Source: Clostridia bacterium (lineage in GTDB: Bacteria; Bacillota; Clostridia; Oscillospirales; Butyricicoccaceae). Taken from it: 64,000 bases of DNA. This document shows positions 19,513 through 28,847 of this stretch, in pieces. The stretch covers positions 32,017 through 96,016 of the forward strand of contig JAWXUP010000002.1 in NCBI GenBank assembly GCA_044426345.1. The letters run 5' to 3'. Made by a program: the position numbers and the translations under genes. The notes beneath the pieces were generated by a model that saw nothing but the letters and a program-made list of their open reading frames with translations, did no database searches and had not been told where the DNA came from. Each line of letters begins with the position of its first letter. Position 1 is the stretch's first letter.

Positions 19513-19680
19513 TTACTGCACACCATCTGCATCTAAAAAAATTAGCTTTTCGCCTTGTTTCATATTACTGATTTGCACCATATTTTTGTTATATTCATCT
19601 ATATTTTTACTCTTTGTATAAATTAAATATGCCATTGGGTCACCAGTGGACTCAAAAACGTTCCAACAGATTTTCTCCAT
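19513..19680 (-). CDS. yqzL: YqzL-family small protein (55 aa), absent from the ORF track
   Basis: GAGGTG RBS then ATG; MEKICWNVFESTGDPMAYLIYTK... matches the W-x-V/F-x-x-TG-x-x-x-YL signature. It occupies the canonical position between era and recO. Confidence 0.75.
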   Translation of the reverse strand: MEKICWNVFESTGDPMAYLIYTKSKNIDEYNKNMVQISNMKQGEKLIFLDADGVQ

Positions 19681-19771
19681 ATATATCACCTCATACTATT
19701 ATTTTGAGTCGCACGTGGTTTTATATACGATGTAAAATTTGTATTGTTGTTTTAAATTTATTATATAATAT

Positions 19772-19943
19772 GTAGGGGCGAACTGCGTTCGTCCGTCATA
19801 TTGCGTTCGTTGAATTTATATTTTACGTAATTTTTATTGTGTGTTACGGTACGTCGAGGACGCCGTACCCTACGGTATTTGCGATGATTTTTTGCGTGGA
19901 AAAATTTTTCTGTATGGCACGGACGAACACAGTTCGCCCCTAC
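19772..19943. repeat. Single REP mosaic unit (type-1 forward, type-2 inverted, type-1 inverted)
   Basis: GTAGGGGCGAACTGCGTTCGTCCGT ... ACGGTACGTCGAGGACGCCGTACCCTAC ... ACGGACGAACACAGTTCGCCCCTAC. Confidence 0.9.
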
Positions 19944-19953
19944 AGTTTAAATC

Positions 19954-20844
19954 TTACTCATCATACCCAAAGTTTCTCATTTGGAATAAATTATTTCTCC
20001 AGCCTTCTTTAACTTTTACCCAAAGTTGAAGATTTACCTTGCCTTCGAACATTTTTTCTAGCTCAAAACGTGCTGTAGAGCCGATTTTTTTAAGAGATGC
20101 ACCTTGTTTTCCTATAACGATACCTTTATGGCTTTGTTTTTCACAGAAAATAGTCGCTTCGATATCAACAATTCCGTTAGGACGTTCGCTCATACGTTCG
20201 ATATATACAGCAACTCCGTGTGGAATTTCTTTTTCTAGAGAGTGCAACATTTTTTCACGGATAATTTCAGCTACAAGCACTTTTTCTGGTTGGTCTGACA
20301 CCATATCGTCTGGGAAAAGAGCAGGGCCTTCGAAAGCGTTTTTCTTAAATTCTTTTAGCAGTGGTTCTAAACCAATTTTATTTATAGCACAAACTGGAAC
20401 GATAGCGTTGAAATCGTGTGCTGCGCCATAAACTGCCATAACTTCTAGCAATTTTTCTGGTGCAATCGTATCCATTTTATTGATAACTAAAATAGCTGGC
20501 AACTCGAATTGTTTGATTTTGTCGATTAATTCTTGTTCTGGGTCACCGATATTAGCGATTGGTTCTACAACTAGCGCTACAGTGTCAACGTCAGAAACAG
20601 TTTCGTTTACGATTTTTACCATAAAATCACCTAAGCGACTTTTAGGGCTGTGAAGACCTGGTGTGTCCATAAAAACGTATTGCGTATCGTCTTTGTTTAA
20701 AATACCAGTAATTCTTGTACGAGTTGTTTGTGGTTTGTTTGAAACGATAGCAACTTTTGAGCCTACAAGCGCATTAGTTAAAGTAGATTTGCCAACGTTT
20801 GGACGTCCTACGATTGAGATAATCGAAGATTTTGTGATGTTCAT
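19954..20844 (-). CDS. era: GTPase Era
   Basis: G1 GRPNVGKST, G3 DTPG, G4 NKMD, and a C-terminal KH domain. Confidence 0.95.
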   Translation of the reverse strand: MNITKSSIISIVGRPNVGKSTLTNALVGSKVAIVSNKPQTTRTRITGILNKDDTQYVFMDTPGLHSPKSRLGDFMVKIVNETVSDVDTVALVVEPIANIGDPEQELIDKIKQFELPAILVINKMDTIAPEKLLEVMAVYGAAHDFNAIVPVCAINKIGLEPLLKEFKKNAFEGPALFPDDMVSDQPEKVLVAEIIREKMLHSLEKEIPHGVAVYIERMSERPNGIVDIEATIFCEKQSHKGIVIGKQGASLKKIGSTARFELEKMFEGKVNLQLWVKVKEGWRNNLFQMRNFGYDE

Positions 20845-21294
20845 TTATGTTCTCCTTTTGAAGATAAACCACAGGTTTATCAACGTTAATATTATTAAAA
20901 TTCCTATATAAATCACGGTTAAATTCGCTAAAATTATACCTATTTTCGGTGTAAAAATTACAAGTCCGATAATAACACAAGAAATAGCACAAACCAATAC
21001 GGCAGCAGCTGCAATATCTTTAGCGTTTTTTATGAAAATATTATATTCAAAGCCAGTTCGGTTGCATAGACATTCTATCGCTGTGTTTAACAGCTCAGCA
21101 GAAAGCACTTGCGCAAAACACATCATCATAATTGCAAATTCTATTGTAGAAATTTGAGCAAGATGTGAAAAAATCAGTACATACGCAATCGCAACAAGGT
21201 GTATTCGGAAATTTCGCTCGTTATTTACGCAATATTTGATACCATCAAGTGCAAAACCGAAACTTTTTCTTAGTTTTCTTATTCCTCGTTTCAT
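20845..21294 (-). CDS. dgkA: Diacylglycerol/undecaprenol kinase (DgkA family)
   Basis: N-terminus SFGFALDGIKYCVNNERNFRIH plus 3 TM segments; lies between ybeY and era. Confidence 0.85.
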   Translation of the reverse strand: MKRGIRKLRKSFGFALDGIKYCVNNERNFRIHLVAIAYVLIFSHLAQISTIEFAIMMMCFAQVLSAELLNTAIECLCNRTGFEYNIFIKNAKDIAAAAVLVCAISCVIIGLVIFTPKIGIILANLTVIYIGILIILTLINLWFIFKRRT

Positions 21295-21782
21295 CTTCCA
21301 ATACCCAAAATACCTAAAATTTCTTTTTCCTTCGAACGCATTAAATCAGCGTCAATATCATCAGCTTCGTGGTCATAACCTAGTAAATGCAGAACGCTAT
21401 GTACGGTTAAAAACGCAAACTCACGTTCATTTGAATGACCAAACTCGCGTGCTTGCTCGATGATTTTATCATACGAGATAATCATATCTCCTAAAGCTAA
21501 TTCGTTAGTATCTGGGTCGATACATAGGTCTAAATCGTCTTGCATTTCGCCGTTGTGATATTCAACCATCGGGAAAGAAAGCACATCAGTAGCGTAGTCT
21601 TTTTCACGATATTCGCGATTAAGCTGATGGATTTCTTCGTTGTCTGTAATTGTGATGTCTATGTGACAGTCTTGCTCGATTTTGTGATACTCAAGCACAG
21701 CAGTTGCACATTTTAAAATTAGGTCTGGTACGGATTGTTCGATGTCAAGTTCGGTAAAAATTTCTACATTGTGTTTTGGCAT
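21291..21782 (-). CDS. ybeY: rRNA maturation endoribonuclease YbeY
   Basis: Zinc motif HSVLHLLGYDH; 163 aa. Confidence 0.95.
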   Translation of the reverse strand: MPKHNVEIFTELDIEQSVPDLILKCATAVLEYHKIEQDCHIDITITDNEEIHQLNREYREKDYATDVLSFPMVEYHNGEMQDDLDLCIDPDTNELALGDMIISYDKIIEQAREFGHSNEREFAFLTVHSVLHLLGYDHEADDIDADLMRSKEKEILGILGIGR

Positions 21783-21790
21783 AAAATTCC

Positions 21791-22969
21791 TTATCTTTCT
21801 TTTTCTACTCCAATATTTTCTAGAGTTTCGATGTCCATTTGTATAGATATTATATTATTTTCATCATTATATATTTGTGAGTTTTTAACTATATCACCGT
21901 CGATATGCTCGTTTAAAGATTTAAGTAAATTTTGTTCAAGCATACTAAAACCGACGTCGCTATTTATATTTGCAAGCTGTGGTTCATACTCGATATACTG
22001 TTCTGTTTTTAAGTAAATCGGAATGGTGACAGATGGCGACAGCGTAATTTTTCTCACACTTATTATTTTATCATAAAAAGCATACTCATTGCTAGTACTT
22101 TTGAATAAATTTATGGCTTTTTTACCGAAAATTAACGAATAATTCTTAATTTGAGCGCCAGTGTAGTCTTTTGAATAAATTTCAGAGGGTAAAATACGTG
22201 TGATATGATACCAAATCGAGGCTTTAATGTTAGCGATTGAATGAACATAACGCTGAGTGATATCCTCAACCTGTGGATAATTTACAACTTCGCTAGAAAC
22301 TAAAATGTCGCCCTCAAGAAAAGTATGCCCAACATCAACAACTTTTTCACCAGCGAGAACTTCTATTGTGTCGATAAGCCCAGTTTTATCTGCGATTATG
22401 TCGCACGCTACGTCTTTTGAGATTATTTCAGGAGTTTCGTCACGCTCATAAACCTCGACGGTTGCCATATTTCCTTTTAAATTTATCGCCATCCATAAAA
22501 TTTCGTCATTATCTAAAATTATATTATTTCTAACCTCATTTGCATTAATTTCTGATAGTTTTGTGCCGATTTTTATGTTATTTTGCTCTAAAGCATCGTA
22601 AATCATAGCAGTTTTGTCTGTTCCGATAACTTCGATGGCGAAAAGATAGTTAGTTAGAACGAAATAAGTAGCAAAAACTGCAAAAAAACCTAAAATTAGT
22701 GCGTAACGTGTTTTTATTTTAGATAGAACATATGGTAACCCACTTTTTTTTATTACGCTAGATGAACATTTTGCATTTGAAATTATCTTTTGAAGGCGTG
22801 TGTAATCTTCGATTAAAATATTAAGGTGAACCTCGTCTAAACCGTGTTTTGAAATGTTCCAAACGCTGATATTATTTAGTGCACAAAGATTGAAAAAACG
22901 CTCTAAATAAGCACCTGTTACGGATATTTTAAGGACGCCTTTGCAGAAATTTAGCAAGTATAAAATCAT
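21791..22969 (-). CDS. yqfD: Sporulation protein YqfD
   Basis: N-terminus GVLKISVTGAYLERFFNLC, a central TM segment, 392 aa; adjacent to yqfC. Confidence 0.85.
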   Translation of the reverse strand: MILYLLNFCKGVLKISVTGAYLERFFNLCALNNISVWNISKHGLDEVHLNILIEDYTRLQKIISNAKCSSSVIKKSGLPYVLSKIKTRYALILGFFAVFATYFVLTNYLFAIEVIGTDKTAMIYDALEQNNIKIGTKLSEINANEVRNNIILDNDEILWMAINLKGNMATVEVYERDETPEIISKDVACDIIADKTGLIDTIEVLAGEKVVDVGHTFLEGDILVSSEVVNYPQVEDITQRYVHSIANIKASIWYHITRILPSEIYSKDYTGAQIKNYSLIFGKKAINLFKSTSNEYAFYDKIISVRKITLSPSVTIPIYLKTEQYIEYEPQLANINSDVGFSMLEQNLLKSLNEHIDGDIVKNSQIYNDENNIISIQMDIETLENIGVEKER

Positions 22970-22973
22970 AAAA

Positions 22974-23249
22974 TCACCTTAAAAAATCAATGTTTGTAAT
23001 ATTTCCGACTATTAAAATATCGGTTTGAGAAATAGCACCTAAAACAAGGTTAAAACCGAAGATTTTAACGATTAAATCACCACAATTTATGTGAATTTCG
23101 GTGTCATCTAGGTTTAAAATGCCTTTGTGGTTTTCGATTATTACAGTATCGTTTGAAATTACCTCGATTTTAGAAACATCGCGTATTAAATTGGTAGGAA
23201 CTTCGAGTTTTCTCGAGATATCTATCATTTTCTGCTCTATTTTATTCAT
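22974..23249 (-). CDS. yqfC: Sporulation protein YqfC (YabP/YqfC family)
   Basis: 91-aa protein with the YabP-like pattern (IENHKGILNLDDTEI...) directly upstream of yqfD. Confidence 0.8.
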   Translation of the reverse strand: MNKIEQKMIDISRKLEVPTNLIRDVSKIEVISNDTVIIENHKGILNLDDTEIHINCGDLIVKIFGFNLVLGAISQTDILIVGNITNIDFLR

Positions 23250-23290
23250 ATTTCACCTCGTTTTTTTGGGTTGATGGGTATTTTGTGCTT

Positions 23291-23393
23291 GCTCACTCCG
23301 TTAAAATAAAATTTTGCCACCTATCTCTTAGAGGGAGGATTTTTCCCTTGGCTCCCTGTCGAGGGAGCTGTCGTCGCAATGACTGAGGGAGTT
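23291..23393 (-). repeat. Decayed copy of the GGGAG/CTCCC multi-hairpin element (module C)
   Basis: Its reverse complement aligns along its length with 50280-50387 (AACTCCCTCAGTCA..GCTCCCTCG..AGGGAGCCAAGG..CCTCCCT..GGTGGCAAAAT..ACGGAG). Confidence 0.8.
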
Positions 23394-23417
23394 CACGCAC
23401 AATAAACAAACCGAATT

Positions 23418-23733
23418 TGTAGGGGCGAACTGCGTTCGTCCGTTTCATTATATAAAATACCACATAATAAAAAACATCGAATTTGTAGGGTACGGCGTCC
23501 TCGACGTACCGTTTGCCATATAATAAATTTGCACCATTTCAATTTTAATCGGACGTATTGATTTCGACGGGCGAACGCAGTTCGCCCCTACAGATAAATG
23601 GTGGTTTTGCAATTAATTTGAACAAATTTTATTATGTGCACGGGTCGTCGAGGACGCCGACCCCTACTGGTAACATTATTTTTTATATGGTTATATTTTA
23701 TTACACGGCACGGGCGAACACTGTTCGCCCCTA
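23418..23733. repeat. REP cluster of five hairpin modules in the divergent yqfC/ylbJ region
   Basis: Type-1 forward 23418-23442, type-2 forward 23484-23511, type-1 inverted 23566-23590, type-2 variant inverted 23639-23666, type-1 inverted 23709-23733. Confidence 0.9.
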
Positions 23734-23812
23734 CAGAACATCACACAATATATTTATGCAAAAATACTACTTAAATTACCGTTTTTTCATATATATTAAG
23801 CGAGGTGGTTTG

Positions 23813-24889
23813 ATGTTTAATATTTTCACGAAGTTTTTGGTGCTGATGTCTATTTTAGGTGTGGTCATCTTCCCAACTGAGGTTATCGCTACAGGTACAG
23901 AAGCTGTCGAGCTTGCTTTTTATCGTGTAATACCGTCACTTTTTACGTTTTTCGTGTTGCAATCGCTTGTGGTTTCTATGGGGATTTCGGACGTTTTATC
24001 TGATACGTTCGGTGTAATTTTCAAAAAAATATTTCGCGTTTCAGACTCTTCACCATATATTTTAGGCATAATCGGTGGCTATCCAATGGGATTTAAGAGC
24101 GTTATGGAGCTTTATGGTAATAAAAAAATCAGCAAAGATGAGGCAGAGCGAATGGTAGGTTTTTGCAACAATGCAGGGCCTGCTTTTATCATAGGTTTTG
24201 TCGGAGTATTTTTGTTTTCGAATAAAAATATCGGCTATGTTTTGCTTTTAGGACATATTCTAGCAAGTGTAGTAGTTGGTATGATATTTAGTGTAAAAAA
24301 CGAAGAAACAAGGGTATTTCGTATAAAAAAAGTATCGGAAAAACCATTTTATGAAAATTTTATCAGTGCTGTAAATGGTGGTTTTTCATCGGTTTTAATG
24401 GTTTGTGGTTATGTTATATTTTTCAGCATTTTTGCACAGATTTTAACACAGTTTAACGTTTTTAGCACGATTGCGACGATTTTTTCTCCAATTTTGAACC
24501 AAATCGGTATAAATAACGAGCAATTTACTGCAATTTTAATCGGAATGATAGAAATGACTAGTGGTATTAATTATTTGCAAGGTATTGATGCAAGTATTGT
24601 CTTGAAAATCATAATCGCAAGCTTTTTACTAGCTTTTTCAGGTGCGTCTATTCATTTTCAAACGCTTAGCTTTAACAAAGGCTTAAATTTGAGAAAATAT
24701 TACATAACCAAGCTTATTCAGAGCATTTTAGCACCGATTTTCAGCGTAATTGCATACAAAATTATATATTCGAAAGCAAAAACGGTATTTTTAGCTGGAA
24801 ATTATAGCGATTTCAGACACTGTAGCTTTAATGATATTGCAATAATCACACTTTTTTTATTAATTTTATTGAAAAAATCACGTAAATAA
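23813..24889 (+). CDS. ylbJ: Sporulation integral membrane protein YlbJ (nucleoside-recognition/Gate-domain family)
   Basis: GAGGTGG RBS then ATG 23813. The upstream 85 codons of the track ORF run through REP repeats and were discarded. Multi-TM protein with YlbJ-like segments. Confidence 0.75.
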   Translation: MFNIFTKFLVLMSILGVVIFPTEVIATGTEAVELAFYRVIPSLFTFFVLQSLVVSMGISDVLSDTFGVIFKKIFRVSDSSPYILGIIGGYPMGFKSVMELYGNKKISKDEAERMVGFCNNAGPAFIIGFVGVFLFSNKNIGYVLLLGHILASVVVGMIFSVKNEETRVFRIKKVSEKPFYENFISAVNGGFSSVLMVCGYVIFFSIFAQILTQFNVFSTIATIFSPILNQIGINNEQFTAILIGMIEMTSGINYLQGIDASIVLKIIIASFLLAFSGASIHFQTLSFNKGLNLRKYYITKLIQSILAPIFSVIAYKIIYSKAKTVFLAGNYSDFRHCSFNDIAIITLFLLILLKKSRK

Positions 24890-24963
24890 TTGCAAATTTT
24901 TTAATAATGTTGTATAATTAATTCAAGTATATTAAAAAATAAAAAATTGTGAGGTTAATTTCA

Positions 24964-25959
24964 ATGGAAGATAAAAAAATTATATTCAGTGGCGTTCAAC
25001 CAAGTGGTAAATTAACGCTAGGAAACTATTTAGGGGCAATTAAAAACTGGACAGAAATGCAAGACGATTATGACTGTATTTACTGTGTAGTTGATATGCA
25101 CGCAATCACTGTTCGTCAAGAACCAGCTAAACTTCGCGCGCAAACATTAGAGGTTTTAGCTCAATATATAGCTTGTGGATTAGACCCACAAAAAAATACG
25201 TTATTCATTCAAAGTCACGTGCCAGCTCACGCAGAACTTGGCTGGGTTTTAAACTGCTACACAATGTTCGGTGAACTTCAAAGAATGACACAATTTAAAG
25301 ATAAATCTGCTCGTCACTCAGATAATATTACTGCTGGTCTCTTCACTTATCCAAGCCTTATGGCAGCTGATATTTTATTATATCAAACAGATTTAGTGCC
25401 TGTTGGTATCGACCAAAAACAACACGTTGAACTTTGTAGAAATGTTGCTACTCGATTTAATGGTATTTATGGCGACGTATTCAAAATGCCAGAACCATAT
25501 ATGGGTAAAGTTGGCGCGAAAATTATGTCGCTGTCTGAACCAACTAAAAAAATGAGTAAGTCTGATGATAACGTGAACTCATTTATCCTGCTTATGGACA
25601 AACCAGAAGATATTATGCGTAAATTCAAAAGAGCCACTACAGATAGCTATGCTCGTGTTTATATGGGTGAAGATAACTACGGTATTCAAAACTTAATGTC
25701 AATGTATTCTTTAGCTACAGGTAAATCTTTCGATGAAATCACTGCTGAATTTGACGGTCAAGGTTATGGTATATTCAAACCGGCTGTAGGCGAGGCGATT
25801 TGTGAATTATTACGTCCAATTCGTGAGCAAACTGAAGATTTACTTAAAAACAAAGACTACTTAGAACAAGTTTACAAAGAAGGCGCACAAAAAGCTGAGT
25901 ATAAAGCTCGCAGAACACTAGACAAAGTGTATAAAAAAGTCGGATTTATTAAAAGATAA
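24964..25959 (+). CDS. trpS: Tryptophan--tRNA ligase
   Basis: Class I motifs: FSGVQPSGKLTLGNY (HIGH-like region) and KMSKS. Confidence 0.95.
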   Translation: MEDKKIIFSGVQPSGKLTLGNYLGAIKNWTEMQDDYDCIYCVVDMHAITVRQEPAKLRAQTLEVLAQYIACGLDPQKNTLFIQSHVPAHAELGWVLNCYTMFGELQRMTQFKDKSARHSDNITAGLFTYPSLMAADILLYQTDLVPVGIDQKQHVELCRNVATRFNGIYGDVFKMPEPYMGKVGAKIMSLSEPTKKMSKSDDNVNSFILLMDKPEDIMRKFKRATTDSYARVYMGEDNYGIQNLMSMYSLATGKSFDEITAEFDGQGYGIFKPAVGEAICELLRPIREQTEDLLKNKDYLEQVYKEGAQKAEYKARRTLDKVYKKVGFIKR

Positions 25960-25968
25960 GAGGATTTT

Positions 25969-27021
25969 ATGTCTATTCAAAATATTTTGATGATAACAGC
26001 AGCGTTTATATGCGCTATGGCTGTAGCATTTGGAGCGACTCCTATAGTTAAAAAATTTGCTCGTGCAGTTGGTGCTATTGATGTGCCAAAAGACGATAGA
26101 AGAATGCACAAAAAACCGATTCCTAGACTTGGTGGTCTTGCGATTTTCTTCGGATTTTTATTTAGCTTTTTAATTTTTGGAACAATAGATTCGCAGATGA
26201 AAACCGTGCTTTTGGGTGCTGTGATTATCGTGATTTTAGGTATCATTGATGACATCGTGCCACTTGATGCGAAGTTTAAATTTATAGTTCAAATCATTGC
26301 TGCGATAATTCCTGTTGTCGGTGGACTTAAAATTGAACGTATGACAAACTTCATACCTTTTACAAACAATCCATACATCGATTTTGGTATATTTTCAATA
26401 CCGATTACAATATTAGTTATAGTCGGTATCACAAACGCAGTTAACCTAATCGATGGTCTTGATGGACTTGCAGTAGGCGTGTCAACGATTTCTTCGTTCA
26501 CAATGCTCACGATTGCGTTCATCACTCTTCAACCAGAGATAGCTATTTTACTTGCAGCGCTTGCTGGAGCTTGCGTTGGATTTATGCCTTATAATTTTAA
26601 TCCTGCTAAAATTTTTATGGGAGATACAGGCTCAACATTTTTAGGATATATCCTAGCTACGGTGTCTATAATGGGACTTTTCAAATATTATGCGATAGTA
26701 TCATTTGCAGTACCGTTTTTGATTTTAGGACTTCCGATTTTTGACACTGCATTTGCTATGGTGAGAAGAATTATGCACGGACAAAGTCCTATGCAGGCAG
26801 ACCGTGGACACGTTCACCATAAACTTATAGATATGGGTTTTACTCAAAAACAAACTGTGGCGATTTTATATTCAATATCAGGTGTTTTAGGACTTTCTGC
26901 AGTAGTACTTACATCTAGTGGTGAATTAAAAGCACTACTTTTAATAATAACGGTTATAATTTGCGCAGTTATTGGTATGCATCTTATGAGAATGCAAGTC
27001 AATGATGACGATGATGAATAG
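25969..27021 (+). CDS. tagO: Undecaprenyl-phosphate GlcNAc-1-phosphate transferase (TagO/WecA, MraY-like GT4 family)
   Basis: Polytopic membrane protein with NAVNLIDGLDGLA and FMGDTGS motifs. Confidence 0.85.
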   Translation: MSIQNILMITAAFICAMAVAFGATPIVKKFARAVGAIDVPKDDRRMHKKPIPRLGGLAIFFGFLFSFLIFGTIDSQMKTVLLGAVIIVILGIIDDIVPLDAKFKFIVQIIAAIIPVVGGLKIERMTNFIPFTNNPYIDFGIFSIPITILVIVGITNAVNLIDGLDGLAVGVSTISSFTMLTIAFITLQPEIAILLAALAGACVGFMPYNFNPAKIFMGDTGSTFLGYILATVSIMGLFKYYAIVSFAVPFLILGLPIFDTAFAMVRRIMHGQSPMQADRGHVHHKLIDMGFTQKQTVAILYSISGVLGLSAVVLTSSGELKALLLIITVIICAVIGMHLMRMQVNDDDDE

Positions 27022-27030
27022 GAGAATACA

Positions 27031-28179
27031 ATGCAAAAAATAAAAGTAATGACGGTTTTTGGCACTCGTCCAGAAGCTATTAAAATGGCACCTCTTGTGC
27101 TAGAACTTCAAAAAGAAGAAAAAGTTGAAAGTATCGTGTGTTTAACTGCACAACATCGCGAAATGTTAGACCAAGTTATGGATATTTTTGAAATAAAAGC
27201 AGATTACGATCTTGATATTATGGAAAAAAGCCAAACTCTTTGTAAAATCACTACAAAAGCACTTAATGGTCTTGATGAAGTACTTACAACTGCAAAACCA
27301 GACATCGTGTTAGTTCATGGTGATACGTCTACAACTTTTGTAGGCTCACTTGCTGCGTTTTATCATCAAATTCCAGTAGGACACGTTGAGGCTGGACTTA
27401 GAACATATGATAAACATTCGCCTTTCCCAGAAGAAATCAACAGATGTCTTACAGGAACAATCGCAGACCTTCATTTTGCACCAACTAAAAACAATGCAAA
27501 TAATTTGATAAAAGAACAAAAAGCTGGAGATATTTATATCACAGGTAACACGGTAATTGATGCATTATCAGTAACGGTTAAAGATGGTTATAAATTCCGT
27601 GAAAGCAGTTTGAATGATATTGATTTTTCTAAAAAAGTTATCTTAGTTACAGCACATAGACGTGAAAACTATGGTAAACCACTTGAAAATATTATGACTG
27701 CAATTGCAGATTTAGCTAAAGAATTTACAGACGAAATCGAGATTGTATATCCAGTGCATTTAAGTCCTGTAATTCGTGAGGCTAGCCAAAAATATATGGG
27801 TGGCATAGCAAATGTACACCTTATAAATCCTATCACTGTTGACGATATGCATAATTTAATGAGTAAATCTTATATGATTATGACAGATAGTGGTGGTATC
27901 CAAGAAGAAGCTCCGTCTTTAGGAAAACCAGTACTTTGTCTTCGTACAGAAACAGAACGTCCAGAGGCTGTAGATGCAGGGACTGTTAAAATTGCTGGCG
28001 TTGAACACGATACTATATATAATATGGCACGTGAACTTGTAACGGATAAAACGGCTTACGATAAAATGGCACATGCGCATAATCCTTATGGAGATGGACT
28101 TGCAAGTCGTCGTATTGTAGAGGCTATTTTGCATCATTTTGACAAAGAAAATGCACGTCCACAAGATTTTAAAGCATGA
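27031..28179 (+). CDS. mnaA: UDP-N-acetylglucosamine 2-epimerase (non-hydrolysing)
   Basis: MTVFGTRPEAIKMAPL, HVEAGLRT and DSGGIQEEAPSLGKPVL motifs. Confidence 0.9.
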   Translation: MQKIKVMTVFGTRPEAIKMAPLVLELQKEEKVESIVCLTAQHREMLDQVMDIFEIKADYDLDIMEKSQTLCKITTKALNGLDEVLTTAKPDIVLVHGDTSTTFVGSLAAFYHQIPVGHVEAGLRTYDKHSPFPEEINRCLTGTIADLHFAPTKNNANNLIKEQKAGDIYITGNTVIDALSVTVKDGYKFRESSLNDIDFSKKVILVTAHRRENYGKPLENIMTAIADLAKEFTDEIEIVYPVHLSPVIREASQKYMGGIANVHLINPITVDDMHNLMSKSYMIMTDSGGIQEEAPSLGKPVLCLRTETERPEAVDAGTVKIAGVEHDTIYNMARELVTDKTAYDKMAHAHNPYGDGLASRRIVEAILHHFDKENARPQDFKA

Positions 28180-28844
28180 GTAGTAACAAACGATATTTAT
28201 ATGCCTCAATAATATTAGGCGTTGTGCTTGTTATAACTGTACTTTTCATATATTTTTCATCTGCAAAATTTATAGATAAGCCAGAAATTCATTTGCCTAG
28301 CGAAAATTTTACTGAACAGCAGAAAATTGAGTATGAAAATCAACAAATAGTGCAAGATGTAACTATTAATGTGAAAAACTACAAAGAAATTATAGAAAAA
28401 TTGACAAGACTTCAAGAATATTCTATGAGTGTTTTGAATGAAATTTACGCATATGATGTACAGAAAAGTCAGGTTACTAGCGTAACGGTGACTGAAGAAA
28501 GTACTATAGCTATTCGTGACAATGTAGAGTATAAGGTTATTGATGACTCTATTTATATCACAAAAGGCGAGCAAACTACTGTATTTGACAGAATAGATTT
28601 AACCAATGATGAAGTGATAGGAATACCTTCTTATGAGGATATTTTGCAAATTAGTGGTAATGCAATTGTAGAGATGACAGATTTAAATGGCGAACAAGCA
28701 TTACGTGTTGAATATATAGATGCAGAAAATTTGGAGGCATACACGATTTCGCTTGTATCCGGAATGCTTATGAAGTATGAAATTTATGAGCAAGGAATAT
28801 TAGTACGCAATGTAGAGGTTACAAATTTAGTTGTAAATGAGTAG
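28176..28844 (+). CDS. Membrane-anchored hypothetical protein (N-terminal TM segment plus extracytoplasmic domain)
   Basis: ATGA overlap with mnaA; single TM segment ASIILGVVLVITVLFIYF; no recognisable motif. Confidence 0.5.
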   Translation: MSSNKRYLYASIILGVVLVITVLFIYFSSAKFIDKPEIHLPSENFTEQQKIEYENQQIVQDVTINVKNYKEIIEKLTRLQEYSMSVLNEIYAYDVQKSQVTSVTVTEESTIAIRDNVEYKVIDDSIYITKGEQTTVFDRIDLTNDEVIGIPSYEDILQISGNAIVEMTDLNGEQALRVEYIDAENLEAYTISLVSGMLMKYEIYEQGILVRNVEVTNLVVNE

Positions 28845-28847
28845 TGC

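Noticed and set aside
18989-19571. Track ORFs 18989-19234, 19129-19314 and 19269-19571, and likewise 34003-34456 and 19841-20029, as protein-coding genes.
   Set aside because: They lie wholly in tandem or mosaic repeats and encode repeat-derived peptides (MFARHIACIEFNILRNF..., GELCSPV...). They lack an RBS, overlap one another in several frames, and have atypical GC-rich composition.
23558-23812. An 85-codon N-terminal extension of the ylbJ ORF.
   Set aside because: The extension reads through three REP hairpins. A GAGGTGG RBS plus ATG at 23813 precedes the first TM segment, which gives a normal YlbJ-length protein.
24890-24963. A T-box leader upstream of trpS, expected in many Firmicutes.
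   Set aside because: The spacer is only about 74 nt, with no specifier hairpin, T-box sequence or terminator, so no such element is present.
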